Shown here: in pieces, positions 29,653 to 39,099 of the stretch
Layout of the letters: every line of letters begins with the position of its first letter
Position numbering within the stretch: the stretch's first letter is position 1
Source: Thermoplasmata archaeon
Lineage (GTDB): Archaea; Thermoplasmatota; Thermoplasmata; RBG-16-68-12; JAFNFQ01
Assembly (NCBI GenBank): GCA_041489255.1
Contig: JBGPQV010000002.1
Span: 32,001-96,000 of the forward strand
Direction of reading: 5' to 3'
Length of the DNA: 64,000 nt
Notes under the pieces: generated by a model
What the model saw: the letters and a program-made list of their open reading frames with translations, nothing else
Told to the model about the DNA's origin: nothing
Databases searched by the model: none
Position numbers and translations under genes: made by a program

Positions 29653-29855
29653 CTAGGGTCTCTTCCGTGAATTGTCCCTTGTACCCGAAACTATGCAGCG
29701 GACTAGTATTAAACTTTGCATGCGATGTTGCTGAAGCAAGAATCTCTGGCTTCGCAGAATCCACCGAATCGCCGTCTCCCCGACCCGGAAACACGGATTA
29801 TGCCTAAAGGCAAGTATTAAGAACGACGCCCGGAATCTGGACTCAGGGGATTGAC

Positions 29856-30239
29856 ACGAAAGAATTCAAGGTTTTTGTTCAGAACAAGCCAGGAGAGTTG
29901 GCTCGGGTCACGGAAGCTCTCGCGGCCGGACCGGTCAACATCAGGGCGATCGCCAGCGAAGTGAGCAACGAGCGCCCCTTCTTCCGGATAGTCACGAACG
30001 ATGTCGCGACGACGGAAAGGGCACTGAAGAACGCTGGCCTCGAATTCAAGCTCTGCGATGTCATCAACATCGAGCTGCTCGACAGACCAGGGGAGCTCGC
30101 GAAGATCGCGAAGAGACTTGCGAGGGCGGGAGTCAACGTCGAGTCAGTCTACATCCTCGCCACCAAGGACGGAAAGACGGAAATCGCCTTCAATGTGAGC
30201 GACGCAAAGAAGGCCATGGAGATCCTCAAGCTAACCTGA
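29856..30239 (+). CDS. Tandem ACT-domain protein
   Basis: KEFKVFVQNKPGELARV...LLDRPGELAKIAKRLARAGVNVESVY; start uncertain (ACG at 29856 vs TTG at 29898). Confidence 0.85.
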   Translation, partial: TKEFKVFVQNKPGELARVTEALAAGPVNIRAIASEVSNERPFFRIVTNDVATTERALKNAGLEFKLCDVINIELLDRPGELAKIAKRLARAGVNVESVYILATKDGKTEIAFNVSDAKKAMEILKLT

Positions 30240-30312
30240 GGACGCAGGTTGCGTCCCCCGCATATTCATCCGCCGGTTACATTCAATAGCGTCCTCCGAG
30301 CTAGAGATTGAT

Positions 30313-30831
30313 ATGGAAGGACGCTCTATGCCCTCGCAGAACGAAGCAGTCGCCGGTGAAGACCTCATGAAGCATCACAAAGTCGAGAGCGAGGAGGAAC
30401 TCGAGCCCGCGCCGGATTTTCTGATGAAGGTGAAGCGGACGATCAGGTTCGACGTCTCAGGGCTGCCGGTCCCCCAAGGGTCCATGAGGGCTTTCGTCGT
30501 CAAGGGAAGACCAATCATCACCTCGACATCGAAGGGGCTCGGCAGCTGGCGGCAGCTGGTCGCCGGCGAGGCGCAGAGGCGCGTCTCTGCACCGATCGAC
30601 GGCCCCGTGGCGATGACCCTCAGCTTCCGCCTCCCGCGGCCGAAGTCCGCGCCGAAGAAGAAGTGGATCTACCCGGCGAAGAGGCCGGATCTGGACAAGC
30701 TCGTCAGGGCCGTTCTGGACGCCGTCACCCATGTCATCATAACGGATGATTCGCAGGTTGTCTCTCTTACCGCCACCAAGGATTATGGTCCGCCGGGAGT
30801 CCTCGTCCAGGTCGATGAGATCGAGGTCTAG
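30313..30831 (+). CDS. rusA: RusA-family Holliday junction resolvase
   Basis: GLPVPQGS, F.LPRPKS, KRPDLDKLVRAVLDAVT...DDSQVV; true start may be further downstream. Confidence 0.88.
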   Translation: MEGRSMPSQNEAVAGEDLMKHHKVESEEELEPAPDFLMKVKRTIRFDVSGLPVPQGSMRAFVVKGRPIITSTSKGLGSWRQLVAGEAQRRVSAPIDGPVAMTLSFRLPRPKSAPKKKWIYPAKRPDLDKLVRAVLDAVTHVIITDDSQVVSLTATKDYGPPGVLVQVDEIEV

Positions 30832-30900
30832 TGCTGCCACGCTTCATCCAGCCTTCTGGAAAAGTTCATATCATCGGCACTACTACTTCGGCTAACCGAC

Positions 30901-31221
30901 ATGTTCTGCCCGAAGTGCCAATCCCTGATGTTCCCGAGGAACGGCAAGATGGTCTGCGGCAACGCGGCCTGCGGGTTCAATCGTGACATAAACGACGGGG
31001 ACAACAACGTCACGAAGGTCACCAACCCATCGAAGATAAAGCCGATGGAGACTCTCGTGCTGGAGCAGATAACGAGCACACTGCCGAAGACCAGCGCGGA
31101 CTGTCCAAAGTGCGGCCACGGCGAGGCCTTCTGGGTAATGAGGCAGACACGCGCGGCTGACGAGCCGACGACCAGGATCTACCGTTGCGCCAAGTGCAGC
31201 CACACGTGGCGGGAATACTGA
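30901..31221 (+). CDS. tfs: Transcription factor S (TFS/RpoM family)
   Basis: MFCPKC...CPKCGH...QTRAADEP.TRIYRCAKCSHTWREY. Confidence 0.95.
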   Translation: MFCPKCQSLMFPRNGKMVCGNAACGFNRDINDGDNNVTKVTNPSKIKPMETLVLEQITSTLPKTSADCPKCGHGEAFWVMRQTRAADEPTTRIYRCAKCSHTWREY

Positions 31222-31317
31222 GCCCTCCATCAGGCCGTAGCAGCCAGAGCGTGTGAGGTCCACAAATAGGTTTATAATCGGACTGGTGATTTGGTGCCGA
31301 CCGCAAGGGGGAGCCTG

Positions 31318-32055
31318 ATGTTTGAGGCCAAAGTTAAGGCCGAAGTATTGAAAGAGCTCGTGGATGTCCTCTCGACCCTAGTCGACGAGACGAAGATCAA
31401 CGCCAACAAGGAAGGCATATCAGTCAGGGCAGTCGACCCTGCGCACGTGGCGATGGTCGATCTGAGCCTGGAGCGCGCGGCGTTCGAGAGCTATAATGCC
31501 GACGATCAGGAGCTCGGCCTAGACCTGGACAAGGTCAAGGAAGTGCTTAGGCTCGCGAGGACGGGCGATGTCATCGACCTGAAGTACGACGAGGACAAGA
31601 ACAAGCTCATCCTGCACGTCGGCAACATCACGAGGCGCATGGCCCTCGTGGATACCGCGGGCATGTCGGACACCAAGGTGCCCAACCTCAACCTTCCCGC
31701 CAAGCTGACCATCAGGGTCGAGGAGCTGCGCCAGGGCATAAGGGCCTCCGAGAACGTCTCCGACCACATCGCGCTCACCGTGTCGCCGGAGGGATTCGCG
31801 ATGCAGGGCGAGGGGGACACGGATTCTGTCGACCTGAAGCTCGGCAAGGACCTACTGGACGAGCTGGATAGCAAGGAGCAGGTCCGCTCGATGTTCCCGC
31901 TGGACTACTTCGCCAACATGATAAAGGCGATAACCACGGCCCCGAGCGTGACCATGTACCTGGGCAACGACTACCCTGTCAAGATCGAGTTCCAGATCGG
32001 CGGCGGCAAGGGCAAGGTCAAGTACCTGCTCGCGCCGAGGATAGAGAGCGACTGA
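31318..32055 (+). CDS. pcn: DNA polymerase sliding clamp PCNA
   Basis: AVDPAHVAMV, YLGNDYPV, YLLAPRIE; TATA tttataa at 31271. Confidence 0.97.
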   Translation: MFEAKVKAEVLKELVDVLSTLVDETKINANKEGISVRAVDPAHVAMVDLSLERAAFESYNADDQELGLDLDKVKEVLRLARTGDVIDLKYDEDKNKLILHVGNITRRMALVDTAGMSDTKVPNLNLPAKLTIRVEELRQGIRASENVSDHIALTVSPEGFAMQGEGDTDSVDLKLGKDLLDELDSKEQVRSMFPLDYFANMIKAITTAPSVTMYLGNDYPVKIEFQIGGGKGKVKYLLAPRIESD

Positions 32056-32058
32056 TCT

Positions 32059-32730
32059 CTACCTGGACCCCATCACTAGGATGTATGCCTGATCAGCGGA
32101 AGCCTTGATCGAGTCCGTCGCGTTCTCGATCCCGACCAAGAGGTCGTTCAGGACCACGACGGCCTTGGCGTCCACGACCTCCTTGAGCATCATCTTCTTG
32201 ACGCCGAAGTAGAGGTCGTCGACGATATGCTCGTACCTGTCCGCCTCTGCCCGCGCCCTCATCGCTTCTTCCCTATTCTTTCCCAGAGCATCGATGGTAA
32301 CCTTCAAGAACCTGCAGCAGTCCACCGAGTTCTTCGTCATCTCCTTCAGGGCGCCCCAGAGGACTTCAGGGACCTCCTCGCCCGTCTCCACGATGAGCTC
32401 GAGGTTCCTCGCCGCAACCTTGTACCAGTCCGCGATGTCGTCTATGCGCCTGACCAAGCGCATCAGGTCCTCCCTCTCCTTCGGATCCATGTCGCCCCGC
32501 GACAGCTCCTCGAAAATCGAGACCTCGATGTTGTCCGCCGCCTTCTCGTCGAACTCCACCCGCTTGAGCGCCTCCGGAATCTCGTCCTTGCGGCCGCTGA
32601 GCATGAAGCCCAGCGCCCTGTCGAGGTCCACCGCCGTGTCCAGCACCTTCCCGACGTGCTGCCTCGCCTTCACGATGACGCTCGATTCCTTCCTTCTCTC
32701 CAGCCAGTCCAGCAATGGTCGCTCACTCAA
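32059..32730 (-). CDS. DUF47/PhoU-like phosphate transport regulator
   Basis: EKAAD..E, REDLMRL...IDDIAD, EH.VDDLY, IENATD. Confidence 0.85.
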   Translation of the reverse strand: MSERPLLDWLERRKESSVIVKARQHVGKVLDTAVDLDRALGFMLSGRKDEIPEALKRVEFDEKAADNIEVSIFEELSRGDMDPKEREDLMRLVRRIDDIADWYKVAARNLELIVETGEEVPEVLWGALKEMTKNSVDCCRFLKVTIDALGKNREEAMRARAEADRYEHIVDDLYFGVKKMMLKEVVDAKAVVVLNDLLVGIENATDSIKASADQAYILVMGSR

Positions 32731-33820
32731 GTTTCAATGCCTCCTGCAGTCCTGCGTAAGGTCGCGGGTAGACTCTGACATGCTCCAGGTCGAACAGGAC
32801 AATCACATCCTCTCCTGTATTAAATCTTGCTTCATCAGCCATAGCGTCCACGATCATCGCGTCGCCGGTCCTCACCGCTACCTCGTACCTCACGTATGCC
32901 CCGGCGAAGTGAACATCCTGCACCTTGCCGGTCAGCATCGGGGCCGCAGCCACCTTCGCGAGTGTGAGGTGCTCGGGACGGATCGAGACGACGACCGCCT
33001 GCCCCCGCCTGAGGCCGTCGCCCCGCACCCTGAGAAACTGCTCGTTCCTCAGCTCGATCACTGCCCAGGAGTCTATCGTCCTGTCGACGACGCCCTCGAG
33101 GAAGTTGCTCTCGCCCAGGAAGTTCGCTGTGAAGAGCTGCTTGGGGTTGTGGTACAGCTCAGATGGCGGGCCGTCCTCCACGACCTTCCCTTTCCTCATG
33201 ATCACTATCCTGTCCGCAACGGACATGGCCTCCTCCTGGTCGTGGGTCACGTGGATGGCGGTCAGACCAAGGTTCTTCACCAGCTTCCTCAGCGTGTAGC
33301 GCAGTTCCATGCGGACCCTCGCATCGAGCGCGGACAAAGGCTCGTCGAGGATGAGGAGCCCCGCCCTGGTTGCGAGAGCCCTGGCGAGCCCGACCTTCTG
33401 CTGCGCGCCGCCGCTGAGCTCGGAGGGGAATTTGTCGGATTCGTTAAGCATCTCGACAAGTTCGAGGGTCTCGTGACTTATCTTCTTCTGTTGCGTCTCG
33501 TCGAGTCCTTTCACTCTGGGCGAATATGCAGCGTTGTCCCATACGGTCAGGTGGGGGAAGAGGACTATGTTCTGAAAAACGTAACCGACGCGACGTTCCT
33601 CCGGAGGAATCCCGTTGACGCGCCTTCCGTCTATATAGACATCGCCCTCGGTCGGTTCCCAGATGCCGCTCACCATCTTCGCGAGGGTGGTCTTGCCGCA
33701 GCCGCTCGGCCCTAGTATGGCCAGGTACTCGCCGTCCTTGATCGTAAGGCTGACATCCTCTGCGGCGGTGACCTTGCCGAACCTCATCGAGACCTTGCGC
33801 AGCTCGACGGTGGGCATCAT
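32723..33820 (-). CDS. ABC transporter ATP-binding protein (with TOBE domain)
   Basis: GPSGCGKTT, LSGGAQQK, LILDEPLSALD, HVTHDQEEA. Confidence 0.95.
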   Translation of the reverse strand: MMPTVELRKVSMRFGKVTAAEDVSLTIKDGEYLAILGPSGCGKTTLAKMVSGIWEPTEGDVYIDGRRVNGIPPEERRVGYVFQNIVLFPHLTVWDNAAYSPRVKGLDETQQKKISHETLELVEMLNESDKFPSELSGGAQQKVGLARALATRAGLLILDEPLSALDARVRMELRYTLRKLVKNLGLTAIHVTHDQEEAMSVADRIVIMRKGKVVEDGPPSELYHNPKQLFTANFLGESNFLEGVVDRTIDSWAVIELRNEQFLRVRGDGLRRGQAVVVSIRPEHLTLAKVAAAPMLTGKVQDVHFAGAYVRYEVAVRTGDAMIVDAMADEARFNTGEDVIVLFDLEHVRVYPRPYAGLQEALKLE

Positions 33821-34920
33821 TCCACCTCCAGTTCCTTGGCGAGACCACCTGGCGGTATCGGGAAGACCATGAAATTGCGCGGCTCAACCGCCAATCGGAC
33901 CTTGCTCCCTTCCTTGATTTGTTCCCCCTCTTCCGCCCTGAGCCGCACCTTGACGGGCAGCGTGGTCTCTGCGCTCGTCATCTCGAGCCCTATGAACTTG
34001 CCGAGGAAAAGCCGCCGGGTAACCTCTGCCTCGAATGTGTTGACCGCGTCCTCCCCATCTTTGAGCACCCTCACGTTCTCCGACTTCACCGCCAAGCACG
34101 CGTCCTGGCCCGGGTGCAGCTTGGAAGGCCTCGCCTCCCAATGTCGGGTCTTCGAGTGCAGCAAGGTTCTCTCCGGTGTCACTTCGTCAACCTCGCCAAG
34201 GAAGAAATCAGCCTCACCCAGAAACTGCGCCACGAATGGTCCAGAAGGATCATCATAGACTTGGCGGGAGAGCCCGAGTTGTTCGATCTTGCCGTGGCGG
34301 AGAATCGCAACGCGGTCAGCGACGAGCAGCGCCTCTTCTTGGTCATGGGTCACGTGCAGCGCCGTGATGCCCAAGTCCTTGCACAGCTTCCTTATGCTGA
34401 GACGCAGCGCTATCCTGAGACGAGCGTCCAATGCCCTCAGAGGCTCGTCGAGGAGAAGCACGTTAGTGCCGGCAGCGAGCGCCCTGGCGAGCGCGGTCCT
34501 TTGCTGCATCCCGCCACTCAGTTCCCTCGGAAACGCATCGCGCCTGTCGAGGAGGTTGACGAGCAGGAGCATCTCCCGGGCGAGCCTGTCAGTGTCAGTG
34601 GGCGGCAAGCCCTTCACTTCCGGGCTAAACCTGACGTTTTCCCACATGGAAAGGTGAGGGAACAACGAATAGGTTTGGGACATGTAGGTCAGTCCTCTCT
34701 CTTCCGGCGGCAGTTTCGTCACGTCCCTTCCTCCGATCAGGACATCGCCTTCGTCCGGCTGCGTCAGGCCAGCGATCATCCGCAGCAGGGTTGTTTTCCC
34801 GGCACCGGTGGGGCCGAGTATCGCCATGTATTCGCCGTTCTTGATTTCGAGGTCGATATGGTCTATCGCAATCCGCCCGTCGAAACGCTTCGCGATGCCG
34901 CGCAAGAGGATGTCAGGCAT
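33817..34920 (-). CDS. ABC transporter ATP-binding protein (with TOBE domain)
   Basis: GPTGAGKTT, LSGGMQQR, LLLDEP, HVTHDQEEA. Confidence 0.95.
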   Translation of the reverse strand: MPDILLRGIAKRFDGRIAIDHIDLEIKNGEYMAILGPTGAGKTTLLRMIAGLTQPDEGDVLIGGRDVTKLPPEERGLTYMSQTYSLFPHLSMWENVRFSPEVKGLPPTDTDRLAREMLLLVNLLDRRDAFPRELSGGMQQRTALARALAAGTNVLLLDEPLRALDARLRIALRLSIRKLCKDLGITALHVTHDQEEALLVADRVAILRHGKIEQLGLSRQVYDDPSGPFVAQFLGEADFFLGEVDEVTPERTLLHSKTRHWEARPSKLHPGQDACLAVKSENVRVLKDGEDAVNTFEAEVTRRLFLGKFIGLEMTSAETTLPVKVRLRAEEGEQIKEGSKVRLAVEPRNFMVFPIPPGGLAKELEVE

Positions 34921-36646
34921 TCTTCCGCCTCCTGTGCGTGACGAACCTCATCAAGAGAATCGCCACGAAGGTGACGATGCTCAGCACGGCTATCAGCAGT
35001 CCTGCGGTGTACAGGTCCTTAGGTTGGTTCGTCGAGGGATCCTGCTTTGTGTAGTTCACAATCAGCACCGGAGCTGTCTGGACATTGCCGGAAACGGAAA
35101 TTGTAGCACCGGTCTCGCCTATGCTGCGCGTGAAGGCCATGATCGCTCCCGCCAGAATCGAGGGCTTGATTAGAGGGAAGACTATCTTCCTGAAAGCTTG
35201 GAACGGCCTCGCACCCAAGGACCTCGCGGTGTCCTCGTAGCCGCGGTCCAGCCCCTCCATCCCGCCGACGACGTTCCTCACGACGAACGGGAATGTGAAC
35301 GCGACATGAGCGAGGGTGACGAGGAGTATGTCGAAACCGCGAATCCCCATGTTTCTGTAGAAGAATCCGAGAGAGAGTCCGAGGGCGGCGCTGGGAACTA
35401 TGTAGGGGATATTGACCAGTATGTCGAGGACGCCGCCAAGCCGTTTGACTTTGCCCCTCGTTATGAGGACCGCCATCGGAATCCCCAGCAGCAGGTCGAC
35501 GGCAGTCGCCGCCGCGGCGATGCCGAACGAGAGCAATAGCCCATTCGTGAACGTCCCCCAATCCACTCCTTGGGTCGGCGAGGATGTTGCCATGTAGGCG
35601 GCGATGAAGAATGAGGGTACGAGCACCATTATCGCGAGGAAGAAGAAAGTCGCTCCGTCCCTTATTCGAGGAGCTGCGCCTTTGCTGAGCCTTGCTTCCG
35701 TGCTCGGCCAGACCTTCTTCCATGGTATGTGGAACTTGAGTGTGAGCACCTTAACGAGGATCAAGAGGAGCAGCGAGAAGAGGATCATGAGAACGCTCAC
35801 GAATGTCAGGGCCGGCAGCAGAGCGGATCCACCAGCATCGTATGAGCCCTTCCAGACGCCGATGAGCGCTGTACCATTGAGGCCGGAATTCTCGTTCAGA
35901 ACCCCACCGGAAATCAGTGTGAGCGCCGCCATCACCCCGCCGGTCTCGGAGAGGGCCTTCGCCAGACACAGGACGGCACCGGTGGCCAGCCCGGAGCGGA
36001 ACATCGGCAGGGTTATGGTCCGTGCTGCGGTGAGCTTGCTCGCCCCGCTTATCCGCGCGGCTGTCTCATACTCCAGGTCAATCTCGTCCAGTATTGCGGC
36101 GAGTGACCGGACCATGTAGGGGAAGGTCGTCGTGAGATGAAGGAGGACAAGTATCCAGAATGGCGAGCTTGTCCCTCCGAACAGAGACCACGCCCCCACG
36201 GGCCTGTTGACAAGGTTCGGGATCACGCCCCAGAAAAGGACGACTGAGATGCCGAGTCCCGCGGTGGGGACAGCGAGCGGTGAATCGATTATCGTGTTGA
36301 GAAGCGCCTTCCCTCTGAACTTCCGCCGCACGATGAACCAAGCGAGGGGCAGTCCGAATATCAGGTCCAGGAAGGTCACGAAGAAGGCAACGCCGAACGA
36401 GAGACCGATCGCGTTCCAGATTATATCCATCTTGGCGGGGTCGGTGAGGACCACCGTCTGTATGTCGTTCCAGCCCGTGAAAAGGTAGGAGAGGACGAAG
36501 AGGGTCGGGAGCAGCACCAGGAAAATGAAGAAGCCCACTACCAGCCCGTAACCTGTGCCTCTCACTCCTCTTCTTGAGAAAACGTCGAGAAGAGACCGCC
36601 GCCAGTCCGTCCCCCCTAGCCCCATCCGGGCTTTGGCCTCGTTCAC
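34913..36646 (-). CDS. ABC transporter permease with two fused BPD_transp_1 domains (CysT/ModB/FbpB-like)
   Basis: Two EAA loops: YETAARISGAS and YEDTARSLGA; two ETG motifs. Confidence 0.92.
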   Translation of the reverse strand: MNEAKARMGLGGTDWRRSLLDVFSRRGVRGTGYGLVVGFFIFLVLLPTLFVLSYLFTGWNDIQTVVLTDPAKMDIIWNAIGLSFGVAFFVTFLDLIFGLPLAWFIVRRKFRGKALLNTIIDSPLAVPTAGLGISVVLFWGVIPNLVNRPVGAWSLFGGTSSPFWILVLLHLTTTFPYMVRSLAAILDEIDLEYETAARISGASKLTAARTITLPMFRSGLATGAVLCLAKALSETGGVMAALTLISGGVLNENSGLNGTALIGVWKGSYDAGGSALLPALTFVSVLMILFSLLLLILVKVLTLKFHIPWKKVWPSTEARLSKGAAPRIRDGATFFFLAIMVLVPSFFIAAYMATSSPTQGVDWGTFTNGLLLSFGIAAAATAVDLLLGIPMAVLITRGKVKRLGGVLDILVNIPYIVPSAALGLSLGFFYRNMGIRGFDILLVTLAHVAFTFPFVVRNVVGGMEGLDRGYEDTARSLGARPFQAFRKIVFPLIKPSILAGAIMAFTRSIGETGATISVSGNVQTAPVLIVNYTKQDPSTNQPKDLYTAGLLIAVLSIVTFVAILLMRFVTHRRRKNA

Positions 36647-36712
36647 TCGGGTGCTAGTAGAGATTGGCCGTTCATATGCATTTCCAACGCAATCTATGTA
36701 GACTACGGAGGC

Positions 36713-38053
36713 CTATTCGCCCACGTCCAACCCGCCGGCCTTCATCTGCTTCATGAGATGCCTGCGCATCTTCCTGTCGCTGGCGAACCCCTTCACCGCC
36801 TTTCGCGCCATGTTGTACTGCTTGAGGAGCTCCTTGACCTGGCGCGGAGACGTGCCGCTCCCCCGCGCGATGCGCATGACGTGAGAGGACTTGATTTCGC
36901 GCGGGTTGTCCATCTCAGCGTCCGTCATGCTATCCATGATGATCCTGAAGACGCGCAGCCTCTCCTGAGTCGCGTCGAGCTCCTCGTCTGACATCTTCCC
37001 GGGCATCCCGGGGAGCATGCTGAATATCTTCCTCAGCGAGCCCATCTTCGTGAGCATCTCCATCTGGTCGTACATCTCCCTCAGAGTGAACTTGCCCGAG
37101 AGGATCTTCTTGGCGGTCTCCTCCGCCTTCTCCTGGTCCATGGCCTCCTGCGCCTTCTCCAAGAGGGACTGCAGGTCGCCCATGCCGAGCATGCGGGAGA
37201 TGAACCTTGGCGGGTCGAACTTCTCGAAATCGTCTATCTTCTCTCCGACTCCGACGAAGACTATTGGAGCTAGAGTCTCCGCCACGGCGCTGAGCGCCCC
37301 GCCGCCCTTCGCGGAGCCATCGAGTTTGGTGAGGACGACCGACGTGACCCCGACGGCTTCGTGGAACGCCTTCGCCTGGGGCCCCGCCTGCTGTCCTGTG
37401 GTGGCGTCCATGACGAGGATGATCTCTTCGGGCTTGATGATGCCTGCCAGGTCCTTGATCTCCTCGATAAGTTCCGTCTCGAGCGAGTGACGGCCTGATG
37501 AGTCGAAGATGACCACATCGATGCTCTCGAACTGCTTCACGCCCTGTTTCGCGACCTTCCTCGCATCCTTCTCCTGCGGGTCGCCGAGGACCGGCACGCT
37601 GATGCTGTCGCCGAGCTGCCTCAACTGGTCATAGGCCGCGGGGCGGTGAGTGTCGCAGGCGACGAGGGCGACCGACAGACCGCGTTTCTGGAAGAACCTG
37701 GCGAGCTTGGCGATCGTCGTCGTCTTGCCCTGGCCATAGAGACCTACGAACAGGATTCGCTGGCGGGCGAGCGGAAAATCCTTTGGCTTTCCAAGAACCT
37801 TGACGAGTTCCTCGTAAATTATGCGGATGACGTGTTCCCTCGGGCTCATCCCTGCAGGCGGCTTCTCCTCCAGCGCTCGCCTCTGCACCCCCTTGGTGAT
37901 CTTCAGGGTGAGGTTCACGTTGACGTCTGCCTGCAAAAGCGCCCTCTGGATGTCCCTGACCACCTCCTTGATGAGGCTCTCGTCGATGTGCGAGGCGCCC
38001 GCTATGCGTCTTAGGACGTTGCGCAGGGAGCTGCCCAGAGATTCCAGGACCAC
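36713..38053 (-). CDS. srp54: Signal recognition particle 54 kDa protein
   Basis: LLQADVNV, GLYGQGKTT, DSSGRH, TKLDGSAKGGGALS, Met-rich M domain; likely GTG start at 38053. Confidence 0.97.
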   Translation of the reverse strand: MVLESLGSSLRNVLRRIAGASHIDESLIKEVVRDIQRALLQADVNVNLTLKITKGVQRRALEEKPPAGMSPREHVIRIIYEELVKVLGKPKDFPLARQRILFVGLYGQGKTTTIAKLARFFQKRGLSVALVACDTHRPAAYDQLRQLGDSISVPVLGDPQEKDARKVAKQGVKQFESIDVVIFDSSGRHSLETELIEEIKDLAGIIKPEEIILVMDATTGQQAGPQAKAFHEAVGVTSVVLTKLDGSAKGGGALSAVAETLAPIVFVGVGEKIDDFEKFDPPRFISRMLGMGDLQSLLEKAQEAMDQEKAEETAKKILSGKFTLREMYDQMEMLTKMGSLRKIFSMLPGMPGKMSDEELDATQERLRVFRIIMDSMTDAEMDNPREIKSSHVMRIARGSGTSPRQVKELLKQYNMARKAVKGFASDRKMRRHLMKQMKAGGLDVGE

Positions 38054-38205
38054 GCGAATGCCAACGACCGCATCATATTTCAAGGTGCGGAATGAACTCC
38101 CTGAGGGAGGTGCCCGCGAGGCAAATTGTCAAGTAGGCGGTGGACTCTGAGATGCCGGAAGCTGGCCGCGAGGCGGCTGGGTCCGGAGATGAAGCAGGTG
38201 GAGAC

Positions 38206-38931
38206 ATGGCAAACCGTGGCGGGAAGACGGATCACTCGCGATCATTACACCTGATCGTCATACTGGCGGTCTTCCTGTTTCTCGCCGTAGGCATCGCGCC
38301 TCCGGCCGCCGCCACCGAGGCGTCCATTGCGCCCGGCGGAATCCATGTCGAGAAGAAAGACGCCACGTCCGGCAGCACCCTGAGATGGGAATGGCATGCC
38401 TCATCCGACGTCGTCTTCTCGATTAGCCGCTCTTTGGACGCCGCAACTATTCTCTATTCATCGGAAGGGACCGCCAACTCCTCCACGCTTTCCATATCGG
38501 CAGACGACACATACCTGCTGCTGTGGGAAAACCAAGGAAACGACACGGTGATTCTCGACTTCACGATACAGGTCGACGCTGGGTCAGGCCCGGTATTGAT
38601 CCTGATATTGGTCGTGGTCGTCATCATCGGCACGTTGGCACTCATCTTCTTCCTCGTCACGAAGAGAGATAGGGCCAGGCGCGCCAAGGGCCCGGAGCCG
38701 CCAAAGACCACCGCCGTTCAGCCAGAGGGCGGTTGGCCACACGGCCAGCCGGCAAGCCCTGCTGTTTCGCCCTGCCAGAAGCGGCCCTCTACCTATCCGA
38801 TACCCCTTATCAGCCCCATCTTTGCAGGCGGCACATACTCGTCCGGCGGGAGCGTCAACTGCCCTCATTGCGGTGCAATGATTCCAGCGAATTCCAAGTT
38901 CTGCGTTTATTGCTTCGGCATGATGCCGTGA
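38206..38931 (+). CDS. Membrane protein with an exported domain and a C-terminal zinc ribbon
   Basis: Signal peptide, small beta domain, TM, Pro-rich linker, CPHCG...FCVYC. Confidence 0.75.
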   Translation: MANRGGKTDHSRSLHLIVILAVFLFLAVGIAPPAAATEASIAPGGIHVEKKDATSGSTLRWEWHASSDVVFSISRSLDAATILYSSEGTANSSTLSISADDTYLLLWENQGNDTVILDFTIQVDAGSGPVLILILVVVVIIGTLALIFFLVTKRDRARRAKGPEPPKTTAVQPEGGWPHGQPASPAVSPCQKRPSTYPIPLISPIFAGGTYSSGGSVNCPHCGAMIPANSKFCVYCFGMMP

Positions 38932-39099
38932 TCTTGATCGCGTCGGTAACAGGGAGAGATGTGGCTCTCGAAAGATGGAGGGCAATAAAAAGAGGGAGGG
39001 CTAGGTTTGTCAGAAGGGATGGGATGCACTCTAACGTACTAGCCCGATATTCCCCCAGAAACAATTTATTCCAGACTATATAAGTCTTTTGTCAAGGTT

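Noticed and set aside
30313-30831. Provirus marked by rusA
   Set aside because: No integrase, capsid, terminase or att repeats; flanks are housekeeping genes.
32294-33715. Long shadow ORFs (473 aa here; also 58338-59885, 60009-61304, 14479-15591, 25436-26509)
   Set aside because: Antisense or alternate-frame overlaps of well-supported genes in GC-rich DNA, with no motifs.
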